Source: an uncultured delta proteobacterium
GTDB lineage: Bacteria; Myxococcota_A; Polyangia; Haliangiales; Haliangiaceae
Length of the DNA: 64,000 nt
Direction of reading: 5' to 3'
Assembly (NCBI GenBank): GCA_963848295.1
Contig: CAWKDB010000002.1
Coordinates: 224,001 to 288,000 of the forward strand
How positions within the stretch are numbered: position 1 is the stretch's first letter; each line of letters starts with the position of its first letter. The notes under the pieces were generated by a model. That model saw only the letters and a list, made by a program, of their open reading frames with translations, was not told the DNA's origin and made no database searches. Made by a program: the position numbers and the translations under genes. Below, one piece after another: positions 55,999-64,000 of this stretch.

Positions 55999-56954
55999 AC
56001 CTGCGCGCGCTCGCGATCGCGACGGTCGCGTGCCAAGTGCACGCCGGCGCGCCGGCGCACCCCGCAGCGCCGCTCGCCAAGGCCCCGGCGATCGATCAGC
56101 TCGGGCTGACGTCGATGATCGGCACGTGGCGGTGGATGCTGCGACACCGGCGCCGCCGGCACCGATCGCGTCGAGACCGAGACCTGGCGCTCGGGCAAGA
56201 TCCGGCGAGCGAGACCCGGCTCGTGGGTCACTACATGCGCGTGGTCGAGGTCCGCGTCGACCGACCGCGTGCCGTTCCAGTGCAACCAGCGGCTGTGGTA
56301 TCGCCAGCGCGCGGTGTTCGACGTCGTCGTCGAGCACGATCGCTCGGGCTTCGCGGTGCGCGAGACCGGCGTCACCGCCGAGTCCATCGCCGTGCGACGA
56401 CGGCTTGCGCGAGCTCGGCGACCTACCGCGCCGACCGCGCCGGCACGCGGCTCGTGCTGCACTGGCCGAGCGGGCAGCAGACGCTGTGGCAGATCGCCGA
56501 TCGCCCGCGAGCGCCCCGGCGCGCCGCGGCCCGCCGATCACGCCGGCGGGCCCGTGGCGCTGGGAAGACCTCGAGCTACGACGACGAGCGGCAACGATCC
56601 GCGACGAACGCGAGTGGTGGGAGATCACGCACCACAGCGCGACCCAGCTCGACATCACGTATCGCCGCCGCGTGACGGTCCGGACGGCCGGACGGCTCGC
56701 CGATCGCGTGTGCGGGCGCGCCGAGCTGGAGCTTCGACGACGCGTACGTCGCGAGCGCGCAGCGCGAGGAGGAGCACTGGCACCTGTTCGAGCTCGCGGT
56801 CGAACCCGGCGATCACCCGTGCCTGCGCCCGACGCCCGAGCGCACGCTCGACGAAGCGACCGCCGAGCAGATCGGCGACTACTTCGTGCTCGAGCTGGCG
56901 CGGCAAGCGCCGCGCAGGTCCTCTATCGGCCCGACCCGGTCGTCGGGCGAGTAG
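55995..56954 (+). CDS. Hypothetical lipoprotein with an internally duplicated domain; many frameshifts, end approximate
   Basis: VNLRALAIATVAC start; paired segments GTWRW / GPWRW, PFQCN / PIACAG and SPC / HPC across frames. Confidence 0.55.
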
Positions 56955-58590
56955 ATCTTCGCGACGTAGTCCTGGACCATGCGGTCCGACGAGAACCGCC
57001 ACTGCGACATCGCGATGCTCGCGCGCATGATCGCGAGCCACGCGCTTGCGATCGCGATACGCCGGCAGCACCTCGCGTCTCGAGCGTGCGGTACAGCAGC
57101 GCGCGATCGCGCTTGTCGACGCGCGCGGCGTCCTTGGCGTCGAACGCGTCGTCTTTCGGGTCGGGGTCGCCGATCTTCCAGCCGGTCACGCCGTGCTCGC
57201 AGCCCTCGGGCCACCAGCCGTCGAGGATCGACAGGTTCGGCACGCCGTTCATCGCCGCCTTCATCCCGCTCGTGCCAGACGCCTCGAGCGGTCGCCGCGG
57301 ATTGTTCAGCCAGATGTCGGCGCCGCGGGTGAGCAGCGCGCCGAGCGTCATGTCGTAGTTCTCGAGGAACACGACGTGGCCGGCATGCGCCTTCGCGGCG
57401 GCGACGAGCTTGCCGACGAGCTGCTTGCCGGCGAGGTCGCGCGGATGCGCCTTGCCCGAGTACACGAGCTGGACGCCGCCCGCGAACAGCTGCCGCGAGC
57501 GCCTCAGCGATCGCCGAGGATGAGATCGGCGCGCTTGTACGCCGGCCGCGCGGCGCGCGAAACCGATCAGCAGCTTGTCGGCGGCGAGCGTCGCGCCGGT
57601 GCGCTTCCCGATCTCGGCGATCAACTCGGCCTTCATCGCGCTGTGCGCTGCCCACAGCTCGCGATCTTGCTGCGCGCGCGGCTTCTCGACGACGAGCGCG
57701 GCGCGGATCCGCGCGTCCTGCCAGGTCGGCACGTGCACGCCGTTCGTGATCGCGACGATCGGCGCGGCGCCGCGCACCCGCTTCCACATCTTGCGCGCGG
57801 TCTCGGCGTGCAGCTCGGCGACGCCATTCGCCAAGCGCGCGAGCCGCAGCCCGGCGACCGTCATCGAGAACGGATCGCCGCCGACCTTGACCAGCTCGCT
57901 TGGCGCTGAACCCGACGTTCGCGCCGAGCTTCTCCATCAGCGCGAGGTCGTGGGTCTCGTTGCCCGCCGGCACCGGCGTGTGCGTCGTGAACACGACGTG
58001 CTGGCGCAGCTTCGCGATCTTTTCGTCGAGCGTCTTGCCGCCGTAACGCGCCTGGCGCAGCAGCTCGAGCCCGGCGAACACCGCGTGGCCTTCGTTGAAG
58101 TGAAACACGTCGACCGGCTCGCCGAGCGCGTCGAGCAGGCGCACGCCGCCGACCCCGAGCACGATCTCCTGCGCGAGCCGATCGGTCGTCGTCGCCGCCG
58201 TACAGCCGTTGCGTGATCCAGCGGTCGGCCGGCGCGCTCCGGCTCGAGCAGGTACAGCGTCCGACGTGATGAACCGCTCGACCTTCCAGGCGCGCAGCGG
58301 CACCTTCTTGCCGCGCACCGTGACGTCGATCTTGACGTCGATACGCCGCACCGCGTCGCGCGAGGTCTGCGGATACTCGTCCTTGACCGCTGCCCTTGGC
58401 CGAGATCATCTGGCGCGATATAGCCCTCGTCCCACAGGATCCCGATGCCGGTCAGCGGTACGTGGAGGTCGCCGACCGACTTCATGTGGTCGCCGGCGAG
58501 GATGCCGAGGCCGCCGGCATAAATCGCGAAAGCAGGATCGAGCCCGTACTCCATGCAGAAGTACGCGACGCGCTGAGCTTTTGCTGCCAC
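56923..58590 (-). CDS. glgP: Alpha-glucan (glycogen/maltodextrin) phosphorylase, short type; frameshifts, end approximate
   Basis: VAYFCMEYG, YAGGLGILAGD, HFNEGH, FTTHTPVPAG, ITNGVH, GKAHP and EASGTSGMK. Confidence 0.9.
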
Positions 58591-58646
58591 GCGCGAAAAG
58601 TGCCCGGCCGTGACGCGCGCCGCAAGCCCCGAGGCCGATCGAACGA

Positions 58647-58763
58647 TCGGCTGTCCGCCGCGCAGCGAAGGATGGCCGACTCATTGGGCCGAGGGGCCCC
58701 GTTCGTGGGGCGGGGTTGCCAAAAGCAACGCGGTCCGGCCCCGTAACGGGGTGCCCTCGGCTC
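58647..58763. other. Two adjacent strong stem-loops; candidate structured RNA
   Basis: TCGGCTGTCC/GGATGGCCGA stem (58647-58679) and a 78-nt rod at 58686-58763 capped by GTTGC-CAAAA-GCAAC. Confidence 0.5.
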
Positions 58764-58810
58764 GGGCGAAATCTGGCCGTATCTCCGACTCCCAGGTACA
58801 CAATGAATGG

Positions 58811-59353
58811 ATGAAGGCTCGCGCGACTGCGCGGAACAAGGGCCCGGCGGTCTCCGCCGAGGATCGCGACCTGTTCCTCAGCGCGGTCGCCGATGCCAAG
58901 CCGATCGCCGCCCGCGATCGCGTCGCCCCGCCGATCACGCCGCCCTCGCCGCGGCCACGTGCGCCCGAGGTGCCGGCCGAACGCGCGCTCGCGGTCGAAG
59001 CCGACGGCGGTCGTTACGCCGCGCGTGGTCCGGGCGTCTCGCGCGCCCAGATCGCAGAGCTGCGCGCCGGCCGCGTCCGAGCCGAAGCGACGCTCGACCT
59101 GCACGGCTCGAAGGTCGAGCGCGGGCTCGCCGAGCTGCGCGCGTTTCTGGTCGAGGCCGACCGAATCGGCCGGCGCTGCGTGCTCGTGGTCCACGGCAAG
59201 GGCTTGCACTCCGAGGTCGGCGCGCCGTTGCGCGAAGCAGTGCTTGCCGAGCTGCTCGGTCCGCTGTCGGGGCTGGTCCACGCGTTCGCCTCCGCGGCGA
59301 ACCCCGACGGCGGCGAAGGCGCGACCTACGTCGCGTTGCGAGTCAAGCGATGA
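58811..59353 (+). CDS. Smr-domain protein
   Basis: LDLHG, VLVVHGKGLHS and DGGEGATYV. Confidence 0.9.
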   Translation: MKARATARNKGPAVSAEDRDLFLSAVADAKPIAARDRVAPPITPPSPRPRAPEVPAERALAVEADGGRYAARGPGVSRAQIAELRAGRVRAEATLDLHGSKVERGLAELRAFLVEADRIGRRCVLVVHGKGLHSEVGAPLREAVLAELLGPLSGLVHAFASAANPDGGEGATYVALRVKR

Positions 59354-61074
59354 GCCGCCGCGCGCTCGCGATCGGCCTGTGCGCCGCGCTCGCCGCGACC
59401 GCGTCGGCCGCGCCCGGCGCTGGCAGAACCCGCACTACGGCGAGCTTGCCCGCGGTCAGAGCGGCGGTGCCCGGTGCCCTGAGCCACGACGGCGCGCACG
59501 CCCGCGTCGCGTTCAGCGTCGCCGGCGCGCTGCGCCCCGCCCGCGAGGTCGTCGGCCGGCGCGAAGAGCCGCTAACTCCGGAAGAGGCCACCGCAAAGCA
59601 GATCGAGAAGGTGCTGCGCGGGCCGTTGCGTTACGGCGTCACCGGGTTGTTCGTCGCGGACGCGCGCACCGGCGAGCCGCTGTTCGCGGTCAACGCCGAC
59701 GACCCGCTGAACCCCGCCTCGAACATCAAGATGATCTCGACCGCGACCGCGCTCGAGCTCCTCGGCCCGACGTTCCGCTATCCGACCCGGTTGCTCGGCG
59801 CGACGCCCGATCCGGACGGCGCGGTGCACGGCGATGTCTACTTGCTCGGCAGCTGGGATCCGACGCTTGTCGCCGCCGACCTCGACGACATCGCGCACCA
59901 GCTCGTCGATCGCGGCGTGCACTCGCTCGACGGCGATGTCGTCGTCGGCAGCGACCCGACGCGCGACGGCGTGTTTCGCGCGAGCGTACCGATCGCGGTC
60001 AAGGCCGGCGCCCCCGGGCAGCTCGCGATCGCATCGGCGCCCGCCGGGTTCGATCTCGTCGCACTCACCGTCACCGCGAAGACCGGCGCGCACCCCGGTC
60101 GGCCGCACCTGACGTACAAGTCGACGACGACGCCCGATCACAAGCTCGCGCTCGAGATCGGCGGCACGATCGGCGCCGGCGGCGAGACGACCTACAACTT
60201 CGTGACGACCGAGCGCACCGCCGACGCCGCATACGCGCTGCGCGCCGCGCTCCGCGCCTACGGCATCGCGGTCACCGGCGGCGTCAAGGTCGCCGAGCTC
60301 GACGAGTTCGTCGCGCATGCGGCGATCGGTGGCGCACTACCGGCCGAGCTCGGTCGCCACGAGTCGGCGATGCTTTCGGACATCGTCGCGCACGTCAACA
60401 AGTGGAGCATCAACTGGCTCGCCGATCGCGTCGTGATGACCGCGGCGGCGCTGTCCCGCCATCAAGCCCCGTCGATGGCGCTCGCGCTCGATGCGATGTA
60501 CGGCTGGCTCGAGCGCCACGCGCACGTCGCGAAGGCCAACGCGACGATCGATACGGGCTCGGGCCTGTCGTATCACACCCGGATCAGCGCGCACGAGCTC
60601 GTCGAGGTCGTGCGCAGCGCCGCCGGCTTCGCCGATGACTCCGACCCGGATCAGGCGCGGGCATGGCTCGCGTCGCTGTCGATCGCCGGTAACGACGGGA
60701 CGCTGCGCCGTCGCTTCAAGACGCCCGCGGTCCGCGGCAAGCTTCACGGCAAGACCGGCACGCTGTCGACCGTGATCGCGCTCTCGGGTGTGCTCGAGGT
60801 CGATCCGGATCGCCCGCTCGTGCTCTCGATCGTCACGAACGGCGATGCGCCGCTGTCGGCGGCGTACACGCGCAAAGCGCACGAGCAGCTCGTTGACCTC
60901 GTCTGCAGCTACCTCGCGAAGACCGCGAAGCACCACGTCGCGGCGCCGCCGCCCGCGGTCGTGCTCCCGCCGCCGCCGCCGCCGGTCGCGAAGCCCGCGC
61001 TGCCCGACGATCTCGAAGACGCGGTCGACGACCCGGCGCTCGATCACGAGACCGCCGGCTCGGCCGCGCCGTGA
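59350..61074 (+). CDS. dacB: D-Ala-D-Ala carboxypeptidase/endopeptidase (PBP4, S13)
   Basis: PASNIK (SxxK), SIN (SxN), GSGLS and GKTGTL. Confidence 0.9.
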   Translation: MSRRALAIGLCAALAATASAAPGAGRTRTTASLPAVRAAVPGALSHDGAHARVAFSVAGALRPAREVVGRREEPLTPEEATAKQIEKVLRGPLRYGVTGLFVADARTGEPLFAVNADDPLNPASNIKMISTATALELLGPTFRYPTRLLGATPDPDGAVHGDVYLLGSWDPTLVAADLDDIAHQLVDRGVHSLDGDVVVGSDPTRDGVFRASVPIAVKAGAPGQLAIASAPAGFDLVALTVTAKTGAHPGRPHLTYKSTTTPDHKLALEIGGTIGAGGETTYNFVTTERTADAAYALRAALRAYGIAVTGGVKVAELDEFVAHAAIGGALPAELGRHESAMLSDIVAHVNKWSINWLADRVVMTAAALSRHQAPSMALALDAMYGWLERHAHVAKANATIDTGSGLSYHTRISAHELVEVVRSAAGFADDSDPDQARAWLASLSIAGNDGTLRRRFKTPAVRGKLHGKTGTLSTVIALSGVLEVDPDRPLVLSIVTNGDAPLSAAYTRKAHEQLVDLVCSYLAKTAKHHVAAPPPAVVLPPPPPPVAKPALPDDLEDAVDDPALDHETAGSAAP

Positions 61075-61091
61075 CGTGATCCGCGTTCGCC

Positions 61092-62074
61092 CTACTTCTT
61101 GACGAACCGCAGCACGAACCGATCGCTCGTGCCGCGCTTGTCCCCGGCCGCTCTCGGCGACGAGTTCCAGTCGCGCTTGTCTTCCTTGTTGCGCAGCACG
61201 TCGCTCTCGGCATCGAGCTTGAAGCCGGCGGCGAGCACTTCCTTCTTCACGACCGCTTCGTCGATGCGGTGCAGCGTGTCGGTGTCCTTCGTGCCCGAGC
61301 CGTCCGGCGCGCTGTGAGTCCTCGATGTCGTAATACGCCGCCCTTCTTGAGGTGCGCGAACACCGCCTTGTTCATCTTCGCGCGATCGGTCTTGTCGTTG
61401 ACGAGGTCGTGATAGTTGAGGATGCACACGACCGCATCGAGGTTCTTCGCGTCGGCGGGGAACGGATCCTCGTTCGCCGATTCGACGAGCTGGGTGTTCT
61501 TCATCTCCGGCTTCTCGAGCCGCGCCTCGAGCGGCTTGCGCGCGAACTTGTCGAGCATCTCCTTCGTGTTCTGCGCCCACACGTGGCCCTTGTCGCCGAC
61601 GATCCGCGCGATCAGCTCGGTCGAGTAGCCGCCGGGCCCGGCGAAGATCTCGCCGACCTTGTCACCGGGAGCGATCTTGAAGAACGCGAACACCTCGCCC
61701 GGCTTGCGACCGGCATCGAGCGCGCGATCCTTGTCGCTCCGATCGGTCGCGGCGATCGCGGCCTTGATCGGCTCGGGCACACTGGCTGCGGGCGTGTACG
61801 GCGGCACGACGATCGCCGCCTCCGCCGAGCCCGAGCCGGCCATCGCCGAGCCCGAGCCGGCCATCGCCGAGCCCGAGCCGGCCATCGCCGAGCCCGAGCC
61901 GGCCATCGCCGAGCCCGAGCCGGTGGTGGCGGCCATCCCGTTCGCAGATCCGGCCCCCGTCGTCGTGGCGCTGCCCGAGCCCTGCTCGGCCGCCGCGGTT
62001 GCGGGTGCTTTCTTCTTACAACCGCTCGCGCCGACCGCGAGAGCGAACAAACCAAGAGCGAGGTACTTTTTCAT
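61092..62074 (-). CDS. SAM-dependent methyltransferase-like lipoprotein; frameshift near 61330
   Basis: Lipobox ASGC; DRALDAGRKP, PGGYST, NYHD, LHRIDE and GTSDRFVLRFVK. Confidence 0.85.
61824..61923. repeat. 21-bp coding tandem repeat (about 4.7 copies) encoding GSGSAMA
   Basis: (GCCGAGCCCGAGCCGGCCATC)n, perfect copies. Confidence 0.9.
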
Positions 62075-62118
62075 GCCCGCACGGTACCGCCACTCCGTCA
62101 GAGAAATTTCGATCCGGA

Positions 62119-64000
<1,882 letters not shown>

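Noticed and set aside
58647..58763. SRP RNA, tRNA or retron msr-msd
   Set aside because: Lacks the SRP conserved loop and a cloverleaf, and there is no adjacent reverse transcriptase.

Overview
High-GC (about 70% by eye) bacterial chromosome segment, most consistent with a myxobacterium (inferred from an eSTK kinase, PEGA, kelch and TSP3 lipoproteins, and an M17-N gene next to nusB; possibly Kofleriaceae/Haliangiales). It is mostly housekeeping: rluB-scpB-scpA, xerD, nusB-rib cluster-nrdR-rpiB, fab/plsX/rpmF, a complete trp operon, glyA, coaBC, gabD, infA, glgP, dacB and acs. Many essential genes have single-base frameshifts, best read as long-read or assembly errors. Most notable: (1) a 57-60 bp two-hairpin repeat inserted in-frame inside three housekeeping genes (ribE, plsX, trpB) in different frames and orientations; (2) an approximately 540 bp transposase-less element carrying a four-helix-bundle (IVS/bAvd-like) gene, with long inverted repeats and a target-site duplication that copies the shared CTAG stop of two convergent genes; (3) two intergenic repeat loci sharing a GGNGACG-N10-TGTCWAC motif; (4) a specialised Hsp70 / HPD-less J-like / membrane protein module; (5) a predicted beta-barrel plus 13-heme cytochrome pair; (6) frequent leaderless-type promoters, one of them perfectly bidirectional. 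No rRNA, tRNA, CRISPR-Cas or transposase was seen.
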